Positions 51,911 through 64,000 of a DNA stretch of 64,000 nt are shown here, piece by piece (position 1 is the first letter of the stretch; each line of letters opens with the position of its first letter). The translations under genes were made by a program, and so were the position numbers. The stretch is taken from the NCBI GenBank assembly GCA_050084515.1, contig CM114271.1, positions 2,976,001-3,040,000 of the forward strand, in the 5' to 3' direction. The notes under the pieces were generated by a model that saw only the letters and a list, made by a program, of their open reading frames with translations, did not search any database and was not told the origin of the DNA. The DNA is from Blasia pusilla. Taxonomy: Eukaryota.

Positions 51911-54900
51911 CAGAGGTGTGGCTAAGCAGCAACGGATGCAAGAGGCATCTGTGACATTACGTCCACTTTACAACGCAGCGTCTATCGGGACGGGTAAGAC
52001 TTTGGTTGGGGGCACAATGGTAATGGAGAGGCATCCATGGAGTTCATGGGACATGTCACGAGAGCATAGAGTGATGGGAGGTCATTTTTTTTATGCAAGA
52101 CATAGTGGAGTGCCTATAGAGTTGGTGTCTGATTTGGGAGCTCATGTTGCTACTCCAGAGGTTGCTAGTTAGCAGCCACCACCCTCTTCTTCTCCAAAGG
52201 TCATGAGAGAGACTTGGGAGCCGGTGATCGGTCCTAGGTTGACAGGAGCGAAGAGGAGACAAGTGTTGCAGTTCTTGTGGAGATTCACGGACTGCTTTGC
52301 ATATAGTATGCACAACTTGGGTACAGTACAGGGTCCAAGTAGTCGGATCGAGTTGGATAATGATACACCTATCTTCCGAAGATCCTATAGGTATTCTGAC
52401 ATGAAGCAAGCCTTGATTCAGAGTAGGAGTCGAGACTTGGCTGACGCTGGACTGGTGGAGAGATCACTCGGAGAGTATGCATTTGCCACAGTTATGCCGA
52501 CAAAGAAGGACATGCATAGCCCGTGGACTCATAGGCGGATGTGTGGCAATTATTGTCCGATCAATCGACATACAAAGGCCGATCGCTATGCTATGCCTAC
52601 TCCCGAGGAGATCTTTGATACGGTGGGGCATGCAAGGATCTTTTGTTGTTTGGATCTCTGTGTTGGCTATCATCGTTGCCCATTCGAGTGGAGGACAGAG
52701 AGAACACAACATTTTGGGGGATAGATCCTTTCGGGAAGGATTGTTTGTACCACTGGCGGTTCTTACCATTGGGATTGAAGAACGCCCCTACGGGTTTTCA
52801 GCAAGTTACGGATAGGATTTTGGCTAGTTTGGATTATGCGAGATGTTACATCGATGATATTATCGTCTTCATTGCCACGGTTGAGGATCATGAGAGACAT
52901 CTTGAGGAGATGTCTCGACGATTGCATTAACATGGGCTGAAGTTACATCTAGGCAAGTGCAGGTTCTTCCATGACCAGATCGAGTATCTTGGACACACCA
53001 TTAATCCACAAGATATTGGAGTTTAGCTGACAAAGGTGGAGGCCATAGTGCGCATTCCCCACCCTAAAAATGTGAGTCGAGTTTGAGTTTTCATGGGATT
53101 GGCAAACTACTACCGACGGTACGCTAAGGGTTTTAGTATAATTGCGAAGGCACTCGCTTTGCTGACTAGGTTGGACCAAGAGTGGTTTTGGGGAGATGAT
53201 GAGGAGCAAGCATTTCAAGAGCTCAAGGACATGTTGACGTCCTCATCCATTTTGAGGAGACCTTTGCATGGTCGTCCGTTCCAGTTACATACGGAATTAA
53301 GTATATTGGGGTTAGGAGGGGTGCTCACTTGGAGAGATTATGAGGGGAAGGAGTTCGTAGTGGCATATGCAAGCCGCTCGAACAATACTCCAAAGGCAAA
53401 GTATAGTTCCTATGAGGGGGAGTGCTTAGCTGCAGTGTGGATAGTGGCCCATTTCAAATGTTATTTGTTCGAGAACCCTTTCATGATCATCACTGATCAT
53501 CAGCCACTCTAATGGTTGATGGAGTGTGACAAGCTTACAAGGAAGCTTGCCAGATGGTCACTCATGTTGCAGGAGTATGATTTTCATGTTGTCCAGCGCC
53601 CAAGACATCTGAACCAGGATGCAGACAGGTTGAGCCGTAACCCATGCACGAGCGTAGTGGCATGGTGAGAGTGATGAGGAGATGGTGTTGGGTTGGCATC
53701 CATATGCCTATTTGTGTTTATTGGCTATGTCAGGTCAGTATGAGGCATCCGTTCCAAGAGGGATATTGGATGGTGAGTTCTCAGATCCAGATGCTCATGA
53801 GGATTTGAAAGGGACTGGAGACATCCACGGCGATGAGATGGTCTTGGAGTACCTGCGCACTAGTGTCTTAGCAAGCACGGTGAGTGCTAGAGAGCGGGAT
53901 TGAATCCTACAGCGAGCCAGAAGGTTCAGGTGGGAGAGGACGCATGTGCTTCGAGTTTGGGAGGATGGAAAAGTGCGGATGGTGCTGCATCCTTCGCAGC
54001 AAGCACAAGTTGTGAGACATGCTCACAAGGAGTCAAGCGTACGTATAGCTTGATTTAGATTCAATATTGGTGGCTTGGTATGCAGACTGATGTTCATAAG
54101 TTTGTAGCTAGATGCATTGTATGTGATAGGATGAGGGCATCGTTCAATGCTCCGACACCACACTTCCACCGATTACCGATCATGGCATTAGGGTGTTGCT
54201 GGAATTTAGACTTTGCATGGCCTTAACCATTGACGGGATGCCATAGTTGGTATGTGTTGGCCATGATGGAGCACTTATCCAAGTGAATTGAGTTGGTAGC
54301 ATTACCGGATAGATCGAGTGAGGGAGTGGCTTATGCATTTCTTGATAGAGTGCCTAGTCATTTTGGCGTACCAACAGAGGTGTTGACGGACCAAGGTAAT
54401 GAGTTTAGGGGTGACTTTTTGGCCTTGTGTGATCAGACACTGATAGATCATCGTACAACTTCTCGAGATCATCCGGAGGCAGATGGTTTGGTAGAGAGAG
54501 TTGTGTAGACGGTGAAGAGAGGATGCGTAAGTATGGACTGCAAAGAAGACAATTGGGAGATTAGGATGTACAGTTGCTGTAGTTGGCGATGGGTTACCGC
54601 TTTAGTCGGCAGGCATCCTTGGCAGTATTTTCACGACATTTCTTGCTCTATGGGAGAGAGCCAAAGTTACCATCATCGATTTGACAAGATGTGGTTGAGG
54701 TACTTGACCTTGATGATCCAGACATATGGGTGCGAGTATATTCTCAACGGGCTGAGCTCTTTTAGAGAGTCATGCCTATGGCGTTTGAGAACCTGGCTAT
54801 CGCTCAGCATCATGATATTATGAGGTACGCGACTACGTGTGGAGGAGGCTATCGACGAGGGATTTGGAAATTGTATCATGGAAATTATGTCTACCTACAG

Positions 54901-55099
54901 TAGACAGCGCCGACGACATTGGACATGATGGCCAGACACACTATTCTGCAAGTGCGACATATTTTACCTTCAGGAGTCATTATTCTAGAGGGCCGTGATG
55001 GTATCGATTGGAAAGATCATGTGCATAACTGTGCACCATGTCTCTTCTCAACATAGATGGGAGCATTGATTTGAGCTTGGCAATTGTTCCTGCAGGCTT

Positions 55100-55238
55100 A
55101 AGATGCATGTTGTGTGGATCTGCCAGAGGCACAGCCACGATGCTAGTTTGTGATGGGTGTTCTCGAGGATGGCATATATCGTGTTTGACGCCGCCTCTTG
55201 ACTTGGTTCCTCAAGGACATTGGCTTTGTCCCAGATGA
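55100..55238 (+). pseudogene. PHD finger at the integrase C-terminus
   Basis: CMLC...MLVCDGCSRGWHISCLTPPLDLVPQGHWLCPR* fits the C4HC3 pattern with the conserved W. The last Cys position is now a TGA. Confidence 0.88.
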
Positions 55239-55409
55239 ACATAAGCGTGACAGATAGATACAAGATGACTCTTTATGTTATGGATTGCAGGAAGGTGACT
55301 ATCAATGGGGCGACATAACATCCGACCTCCTCATCTTAGCACCAAAAATATGCATAGCATTTAGGCTTATTTTTTAGGCTATCTGGAGTTATAAGGACCT
55401 AACCACCAG

Positions 55410-55530
55410 CTAGGGGGACGATTGTCAAGTCATTCATGTGTAGAGATGTTAGGATTCATAGCTAGATGGATCTTAGACATGTGTGTGCATGACAACCGAT
55501 GTATGTTGGCATTGATGTGTATTCGCAAGA
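55410..55530 (+). mobile_element. Putative polypurine tract and start of the Gypsy 3' LTR; this ~105-bp start recurs at 56169-56271
   Basis: 'agggggacga' is followed by TGTCAAGTC. A near-identical block 'tgtcaagtc.ttcatgtgtagagatgttagg...gtgtattcgca' begins at ~56169. Confidence 0.55.
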
Positions 55531-57079
55531 AAACCATCATGGTAGATGAGATGTAGGGCGAGATAGTATTGAGGCCTTAAAGGGGTCTTGTACTTCCCTA
55601 TTTTGAGAGGTCATATGTGACCTACTCTTAGGAGGTGACCTACGAGTGTAGGTCACTCTTCCCTTCATGAGGAGTGGCAACCTTGGAGAGGTTGACCTTC
55701 CCAACCATGTATGGCTCCACTTGGACCTATAGGGTTGTGGGTTAGTTGGTAGTTGGTCTCATGAGAGGACCACATGTATAGTTGTTAGGGAGCTAGTATG
55801 GATGTACTATAGGTTGCTAGTGACCTGCTAGGAGGGATGTTTCCTGTGAATACATGTCAACCATGGAAGTGCCCATGGGGGTATACCTCGGATGAGGCTT
55901 ATTTGGAGCTCATCTCATTAGGATTACAGACACTTGTTGGGATCCGTGATACAACGCGGCTTGCATGTATTGAGCCTGGATTCTCTCTTTAAGAGTGGGC
56001 TAGGAGTGATCAATAAGGAGATCACATATTTTGGGAATCCTTGTGTATACTTTCTTTTGGTGTTACAACAGTGTGTATCAAAATCATGAGTATGGTTGTT
56101 TGGATGAAGCACGATTGATTACAGATTTCATCAAAGCTTACAGTGCGTATTCCACTTTATATTGGGGTTGTCAAGTCGTTCATGTGTAGAGATGTTAGGA
56201 TTCATAGCTAGATGGATCTTAGACATGTGTGTGCATGACAACCGATGTATGTTGGTAGCGATGTGTATTCGCACAAAAAAGGGCTTAGATTTACTCGTGA
56301 CAAGCGGTCTACAAAGTCCCTACAATGCAAAATCTCTTTTCGGGGCAACAATTTTATTTGCAATATTTGCCGCCTTGTCCACATTCTTTGAATGAAAATG
56401 CCTTAACATACAAAAAATCATGGCGATCTATTAGCATGATGACAGCAAAGTGGAACTAGCATCCACGCTCTTGAGAGAGCCCAAGGCATGTGCTTTGGCT
56501 TTGTAGCCTACTACCCTTGCCCCCTTTGAGATGAATGTTAAAAGCAAAGACCTTGTTTGGCAATGAGGTCCAAACCGACATTCTATACCCATGCAGTCCC
56601 TATGTGCACGAGTATCGAATAGTGATATTGTTGTGTCCACATTAATCAGTCTTACTATTTTAGAAAGAAGTATGGAAATATGGTTTATGTTCTTCATCAT
56701 GGATAAAGTCATTCGCCCTTTTTGTTGGAATTCATGCCTCTTTTTTGTGACCATACCATGTCAAATATTCACTTTAGGAAAGGTGGAGGCAAGGGGTTCT
56801 AGATAACATCACATTCTAATGCACGGGAGTCTTTTTTGTACTTCACCATGAAGACAGACCATAATGGTATTTTGAAGAGCTTTGATAAATTGCAACCAAA
56901 GAAGAAGACAAGAATGCCGTGAGGTAAGTGTTTTGAAGAAAAAATTAAGAGAATTGCTCATATCATGAGCATGTGGATTACTTAGTGTGATTCACAAATA
57001 AATTATGCATGCGGGTCAAGTAGAGATTGATGTGGTGGTGATTTTGATGACTCATTGTGCTACAAAGTAATCAAGCCAT

Positions 57080-58130
57080 CGAGAGGTGGGATGGAGATTG
57101 ATTCACGAGAGCGGATCGGTGGGCGGTAGGCCAAGGTTCCACAATCTTTTAGGTTTTCAGAGGCCCTTCACGCACCATCGATGGTGCCTAGATGACCAGC
57201 AGTGCCCATAGGTGGTATAGATGCATCGATATCACGAGGAGTTGGAGGGACGACACATATGCTTGCTCGTGTGAAGTCAGTGTAGACCACGGTGTTGGAG
57301 AAGGCCACCTGGGTGAGCGAGACTCCTTTGTTTTCCGCCATGGAGTTGGCGACAGTAGGAGTTAGACCATCAGAGGTGTTCGAACTGGCCGTCATATTTT
57401 TTGAGCGTGTAGAGGTGACTACCTCTCATTCAGCGATGGTTGAGGAGATGGCGGAACTATCCTTGGACCACTTGCTCAAGACATCCTCCAGTGAGTCATG
57501 GCATGCTGCCGCGGCAAAGTTAATAGATATGCCAGCTAGGCCAGCAATAGAGCAAGCCATGGTGACGCTTGGTGGAGTGTTGTTAGATAATCGAGCTCGA
57601 GTGTTTTTCTTGGTTAGTCCAACAAGTACGGTGTACCACCCGCCGTGCATCCTACTTGATTTACGAGCAGAACCCTTGATGTCAGGGAAGGCGGCCTGTT
57701 TGGCATGGGGGTTACGGAAAGGCAACATTGAGCCTTGTCCCTTCTAGAAACAAACCTTTATTGAAGGCGTATCACCCACACAGTAGATGACTTCATTGGA
57801 GATTGTTGTTTGAGCGTAACTAGAGCATGTGATGGATAGTGCTATGGTGCGTACACGTGCAATTACAAGACCAGTTGTGTCGTACGATATGTTGGTGGGA
57901 AGTAGTGTCTGATATCTCTTAGGATTCATCTTGGATTTTTGGCATGAGGCGGTTGCTTATCGGCGAGGGTGGCAATCGTGCGATGGAAGGATGAGTCAGT
58001 TACCCATACAATTTACAAGATGAGGTGCTATACCGTGTAACAATTCAGTGACCACGTTGTAAACTTTCACATGTGGTGTTAGTTGGCCCGGAGTTCCTGG
58101 AGAGGAACACACATGCGCATGACACTTTGG
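57080..58130 (+). mobile_element. Second, truncated copy of the same Gypsy family (protease region)
   Basis: 'SWHAAAAKL..RPAIEQA..VLLDNR..VF.LVSP..LLDLRAEPLM.GKA..IEPCPF' parallels 50080-50560. Confidence 0.85.
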
Positions 58131-60500
58131 TAAAGGATAGTCCCACGAATAGATTGATGAAATGTGAATTATTGATGGTTCCATCAGTAATTAGATTAAA
58201 TCAAATATAAGTAGGAGACCATCATCTTTTCCTTATCTAAGATTTTGGTCTAAGAGTTCATTATTGATGTCCTTATATCCTCATACCATTTCTCCTTCAC
58301 TCTCAAGTTGTGTCTCCCATGATGTCATTTTCCATACTTTATGGCCTATAAAGATTTATGACTGGCATATCAAGATGATGGTCTCCTTCTTATATTTGAT
58401 TTATACAACAAAAAGAAAGTTGGATATTTCTATTTTAGATTGGAAAAATGTTCTTATTATGTAAAAGTTATATGTTGACTGATTCCTTTCATCTTCACTT
58501 TCAAGAAGAAAATCCAAGTATAGGCTTTTTGTATTATAGAGTCATCAATTTATAATTATTCTTGTTACATTTCCAAATTTCCTATCCATTATTTTCTTTC
58601 TATTAGTGGAAAATGCATCTACCAAAAAATCAATTTGAAGTTGAAAAAAACATGAATAATGAAGATATTAGAGTTGTTTCCTAATATTTTTAAGTAGTCC
58701 TTTCAATTTTTAATCCATTGTAGTGAGCTTTTCAAAGAAACTAAATGAGATTTTTTTCAAGTCCTTTAATAAGGTTAAGTTTACTCTTACTACTGGTTAG
58801 AGCAGCCTAGATCATTGTTAGTGAGATTTCTTACGTTTTCACGTAACCAATTATGCTAATTAGGACAAACTATTGTTGATGCATAATGTTTTTAAAATGA
58901 TCTTCAAGAAATTTTAATGGATTTCATATTATAACTCAAATACCAATATGGTTCATATCTGTCAAACCCTTTATTTCACGAATTTTATTTCATCAAAATT
59001 TAAAGAATTATGATTTTGTACTCGGCATGAGATTCTGTATGTTTGTGAAAAGAGAACCCAAGTGGGATGAAGCTAAAAACTGTTCATAAAATATTTGTCA
59101 ACAAGCTCCCTTAATGGTGAATATTTTTCTTAGTTTTTTGTACTAATATCAATAAAATAGGAATAAAAATTTTTCAAGCTATTATCTAAAGTAGAATTGA
59201 TGTTACAAAAGTACATTTTTTAGAAATATTTGATTTCTCAATATTTTTCTTCCAACATAATGATTTTCATAGATTAAAAATATATCTTTTGGTTCAAATA
59301 TTTAAATAAAAAATCTATATATTTAATTGTAAAATGATTCTTTTTCCTTTATCCTATATTTTTTTGGAGTTTAAAAAAGGTGATCATGATTAGAGACATT
59401 CATGATAATGCTTACTTTAAAGTTTGGGAAGGCTAGGAGTTAGTACAACAAAAGTGATTTGGGTCATGCAGTCTTTGCCTTGATTACTTCACTTGAGTAG
59501 AAAAGATATGGATCATAACTTATCTTGATCACTTTTATTGCTTCACCCATATAAAAAATCATTAATTTTAAAGCGCCATAAAACTAAAATTGGCTTGGGA
59601 TAAAGTTTTTTTTAACCATGCTAATCCTTTATTTAATCCAAAAGAATGGAAGGTTGGATCAAAGAGAGAAACATACTCTATAGAAAGTATACAAGGTTTT
59701 GATAAAAGGGTGATGGTGGAACCCATCGAAAGTACCAAAAAGGGAGACTTAGGGAGTCGAGAACGGCAAAACCACACTTGGCTGGGGTAAAAGAGAAAAG
59801 GGGCACCTCCCTTCTATAAGGTAATTTAGAAAGGAAAAATACTTGTAGAATATGGATTTAAGTTTTAGACCCTAAAAATCGTTGGGAAAATTTAACTTAA
59901 ATTAATTTTTTTCTAATCATAGTTAACTTTTAGCATTTTTAGTATCCTAACCACAATTTCAATATTCTTAATCCTAAGAATTTCATAGATTTTGAATAAA
60001 TTTTATTATTATGATCTCAGATCACAATCAAATGCAAGTTTTTGGAAGATAGTTAAGAAAGATTGTGATTACAATCACTTTTTTGATTCAAAAAATTCAT
60101 TCTTCAAAGCCTAATTTAAAAAAATCAAACCACATGGCTATAGTTTTACCATCAAGTTTTTTCCAATGGTAGCTTAAATATTAGGTTTTCTTGGTGTCAC
60201 ACCTCTCCAACAATGGCTTATTTGCTAATGGAAAATTTAGCCCCAACAAGCAATGGTTGAAGTAGAAATTGTGTGTTAGATTTCACTTGTATGGAACCAA
60301 AGATTAAGGTCAAGGAAGTAAAATTATATACTAGTAAAATCACAAGAAACGGTATTGAAAGAGCATAATTTCAATACAGATGTGTCTTCAACTCTTCGAT
60401 GAAAAATCTTGGAACTATCCAATTATTTACAGGTGATTCTGGACCATACAAATCAAGCCAAGATCCTTGTATGGCAAACATGAATGATAATATTGAGAAA

Positions 60501-62125
60501 CTAGTAAGGTGCCTGTACAATGCACGGAAGAGACGAAGGGTTTTGTTTTGGTAAGTTGTTAACGATTTTGGACATAAAAATCAGGTTCAAGTAGGGTCTT
60601 TGCCCTAAATGCGTCTAATGATGGGATCTCTAAAAAAAATATTTCATCTTTTTATTTCTTTGCACACTATATTTTGTGTATAACCACCTTCCTTATTTGA
60701 ATGTTCATCACTTCTAATGGTGATATGGATGGAAATTTTCTTCCCTACTCTAGATAATGCTCCATACAATTGACCATGAGAAAATACAAGAGTAGGCAAG
60801 TAAATGCCAACCTTTTGCAAAGTGTGACCTTCAGACTTATTAATAGTCATAACAAAAGTTGACCGAATAGGGAATTGAAACCTATGTAAATCAAATGGTA
60901 AAGCGGAGTCACATATAATCACTGGGATACGTGGAATAAAAACTCGATCTCCAATATTCTTCCCATGATGATTCTAGAATCAATGCAATGTTGCATAACT
61001 TCATGAATCACCAATCTAATCCCATTTACTTGTCCATGTGAGCCATTCATATTTTATAAGGGCATGATTGGTGCACCAATCTTCAAACACAAATGATGTT
61101 GAGGCAATTCAGAAGGCAAGCATGTGTTAACAAATTTCAGTTGGATAGATGTGACTCATCTTCTCATTCGGAATAGAATCAACGCAAAAGTAAATATGCT
61201 TGTGTACATAATATGCAGTGAATTGGTGAGAAGAAGTAATATTACTATCCAAACTTCCCCAAAATAAAAGTTCCAATAAGAGAATAGATATACATGTATG
61301 TATGGTAAAAGGATAACCTATCCAAGAAACCAAGATCTGACATCTCTATTCATTTCCTCAACGTCGCTATTTATTGATGTCAAAATAGCTGTATCTCTCA
61401 AGAAATCAATGGCATGGAATCGGCTAGGAGAATTGTCATAGATCAAATCGATAAGATCGCATATCTTGTTACTTCAAGTGACAAGTCCATGTGGTAATTA
61501 TATAATTTCTTCTCCCAAATGAGGATGCAAAGGTACACGATCCTCTCCCACTTCCAATAACAAATGGGCAAAATCTTGTTGTTCCATACGCAAATGATCT
61601 TCTAACCTTTGAACTTGCATGTTTGTTGTCAACTTCATGACCTTTGCATTAGACCAAAGAGATGACCTCTTTCTAGAGGCTTGGAAAATTTGTGGGCGAT
61701 CCCCATGACGAACAACAGACAAAACTTGACGAAAGTCACCACCAAATATTATGAGTTTTCCACCTAATGGTACTTGTCGTAAAGACCGTTCCCATAATAT
61801 CTTGTAAAGTGGAATTCACACCTTCCAATGCATCATGATGAGTCGTAGGTGCTTTTTCCTATATAATGAGGATCGCATCACGAATTAAGCGCGCTTTGTC
61901 AATATCGATTCATAAACTACAAACAACATATGGAAGTAAATTAGCGTATGCAATACTTATGAAATTTTATTACTGATAGAATTGGACGTAATACAGGTAA
62001 TGACACTTACTTGCAAGTAGAGCTTTTATTCACATTCATAGGGATCTTGAAGCGTGAATGGGCAATATGTCCTCCATCTAACAATAGAGCAGCAATTTGG
62101 GATGATACTACGACCAAAGGTATAC
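60501..62125 (-). mobile_element. Helitron 3' portion: PIF1-like helicase pseudogene and 3' terminus
   Basis: Minus strand reads 'AALLLDGG...HSRFKIP', 'FGGDFRQVL' and 'RFQFPIRSTFVMTINKSEGHTLQKVGIYL..VFSHGQLYGALSRV'. The 3' hairpin (ccgtgcattgtacagg) and CTAG lie at 60501-60527. Confidence 0.9.
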
Positions 62126-62554
62126 TGTTGGATTCTCAACATCCACTTCGCTAAGCACCATTAATCTGATCGGCCCGCTTGTATGAGGAGAAGCCTAGAT
62201 TGATGGTTCCGACTTAGACGTTGAAGGAGTCATAGTAATATGACGTAGATGGTTTCTGGAGTAGTGTTACTAGGATTATCTAACCCTACATTGTATCAGG
62301 TTACCCGCACCCTGATGCAATAAAGCGTTAGATAATCTTAGTAACGAAATGAAGAAAAGTAGGTAAAAAACCCTAGTTTCCCGAGTAGTGAAAGAGTCGG
62401 GAGTCGCAACGGTAGCGCATTCTCGTATGCCAAGTTATCTCCATGTTCAGGTTCCATCGAAGCTCTTCTATGAGCGCACGGACGGACTAGGCCACTTTGT
62501 ATCTCTAAGTTTTGTAAATATTTCAGTGATTTCATCATTTTATGTTTTCTCACA
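62126..62554 (+). mobile_element. Copia 5' LTR (429 bp, TG...CA)
   Basis: Starts TGTTGGATTCTCAAC, matching the sequence after the polypurine tract of the copy at ~7535. Ends CACA directly before the primer-binding site. Confidence 0.85.
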
Positions 62555-62566
62555 TGGTATCAGAGC
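62555..62566 (+). promoter_or_regulatory. Primer-binding site complementary to tRNA-iMet
   Basis: TGGTATCAGAGC immediately follows the LTR end. Confidence 0.92.
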
Positions 62567-62626
62567 ATGAGGTTTTCCAATATTTTGTATATGGCGATCT
62601 AGTGTGTTTGCACGAAATCTTGAGAG

Positions 62627-63940
62627 ATGGCTACTTCTTCATCAGTTTGTGCTCGCCCTCCTCCGCTTGATGAAGGGAAGTTACATGGGTCTAACTATCT
62701 ATTTTGGAAGTTCAAAATGAGGACTGTCCTCGAATCATTTGAGATCTAGGAGACAGCCACAAGGGATTGATTCGAATTCACAAGCTACTTTGAGTTCTGC
62801 ATATTCATCTTCATCTGGTGATATCGATCTTATTGTAATGCTCGCATGGAAACGCAGAAACGTGGATACTCTATATGCGATTGTCACAAATGTAACTCTT
62901 TATGTCATGACTCTCATTAAAAATACGACCACTGTTACTGAGGCGTGGAACATTTTGAAGAATCAGTATGAAATGAGGACTGAGACTGGGATTCAAAATC
63001 TGGAGAATCAACTTACATCCAAGAAATTTTCAGAAGGAGAAAGGGCGGAGCAATTTTTTACAAGGATCAAGAATCTTCAAGATCAGATGGCGTCCGTAGG
63101 AATTTAAAAGTCTAGCGAAGATTTGGCACGTCGGTGCATAAGGATTTTGCCTCCAAGGTATGACAATTTGGTCACTGCATTGAAGACTCAAGTAGGACCC
63201 ATGCCACTTACTTTTGAACAATTTAGTGCAATGTTGATAGAAGAGGAAATGGGCTTCAAAGCAAGAGAGTGATGGGGTGATGCACCATTTGCTGCCAACG
63301 TACAGAGAGGTAGAAATCAGGATTACAGTGCAAATGTCAAGAAAAAATTTCCAAGGAAATCCTTCAAATGCTTTTATTGTGGTAAGCTATGTCATCTTAT
63401 CAAAGATTTTAGAAAGAGGAGTGAGGATGAGAAGAATGGTTGTTTAAGACCTAAGAAGGAGTCTGGAAATTCTGTAGAACTAGGAGAACATGAAATAGAT
63501 GCTTGCGTAGCAATCGAAGAGTTTTGCACACAGCCCGAACATTCCACTAAATCAAAGAGTGAAGATAAGGATTGGTATAGCTCCTTACAACCTCTATAGG
63601 AGCCCATTGTTATTACTGTTGGAAATAATGTAAAGTGCCCTATAGAAGGGAAAGGCATAATTTCTTTAGTCTCACAAAAAGGAGATGAAAAGAAGTTAAC
63701 TGATATACTATACGTACCAGAGTTGAAGCGGAATTAGATTTCAGTAGCAGTATTATGTGATTGTGACCTAGAAGTTTGTTTCAAGAAAATAGAAGTTGTC
63801 ATTGAGGATGCCAATGGGAAAGTAGTGGGTGAAGGTATACGACGTAGAAATATGTACGAGTTGTATGCTTTCACGACAAGTGTAGGTACAAATCTTAGTA
63901 GCCGTAAGATGTGGCATGAAAGAATTGTTCACCTAAGCTT
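62627..63940 (+). pseudogene. Copia gag-pol 5' part (gag, zinc knuckle, pre-integrase region), degenerate and truncated
   Basis: 'GSNYLFWKFKMRTVL', 'AWNILKNQYE', CFYCGKLCH knuckle, 'LYVPELKRN' and 'MWHERIVHL'. The sequence switches to a GA-rich tract at ~63945. Confidence 0.88.
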
Positions 63941-64000
63941 TCCTTGGGGGCTGGTATTTTGGCAGGAGAGAGTAAGAGAGGAGAGGAAGAGAGGAAGAGA

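Larger units (their letters stand above)
48290..55240 (+). mobile_element. Degenerate Ty3/Gypsy retrotransposon with domain order gag - PR - C5-DNMT - RT - RNaseH - IN - PHD
   Basis: Gag-like 'ELDDFMEEFDSWC' and a degenerate CCHC knuckle (~49215-49270). Protease 'LDSRAQPL' at ~50240. RT 'RRMCGNYCPIN', 'LPLGLKNAP' and YIDD at ~52847. RNase H 'FQLHTELS..GLGGVL', 'ITDHQPL'. Integrase 'LTDQGNEF', 'ADGLVER'. RT-RH-IN order is Gypsy. Many stops and frameshifts. Confidence 0.93.

Noticed and set aside
58150-60200. AT-rich stretch possibly of plastid origin (matK/ycf-like)
   Set aside because: The resemblance is only vague and no convincing motif can be read. It needs a BLAST search.

Overview
TE-rich nuclear DNA from a plant; a non-seed land plant is my guess and cannot be confirmed from the sequence. 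One intact host gene is supported: an 11-exon PEX10 (peroxisomal RING E3 ligase) on the minus strand, 13634-17238, which I spliced by hand into a 412-aa protein. The rest is a nest of decayed transposons: Copia fragments and LTRs, a ~15.6 kb CACTA/En-Spm element, Helitron helicase remnants with matching 223-bp mini-Helitrons, a long-TIR DNA element and small plastid insertions (rbcL, trnS-UGA). The most notable feature is a degenerate Ty3/Gypsy retrotransposon (~48.3-55.2 kb). Its pol region has a C5-cytosine DNA methyltransferase domain with DNMT3-like motifs between the protease and the reverse transcriptase, largely in the RT reading frame, and a PHD finger after the integrase. It therefore appears to have carried its own methylation writer and a putative histone reader. 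All calls come from reading motifs by eye; no database searches were run.
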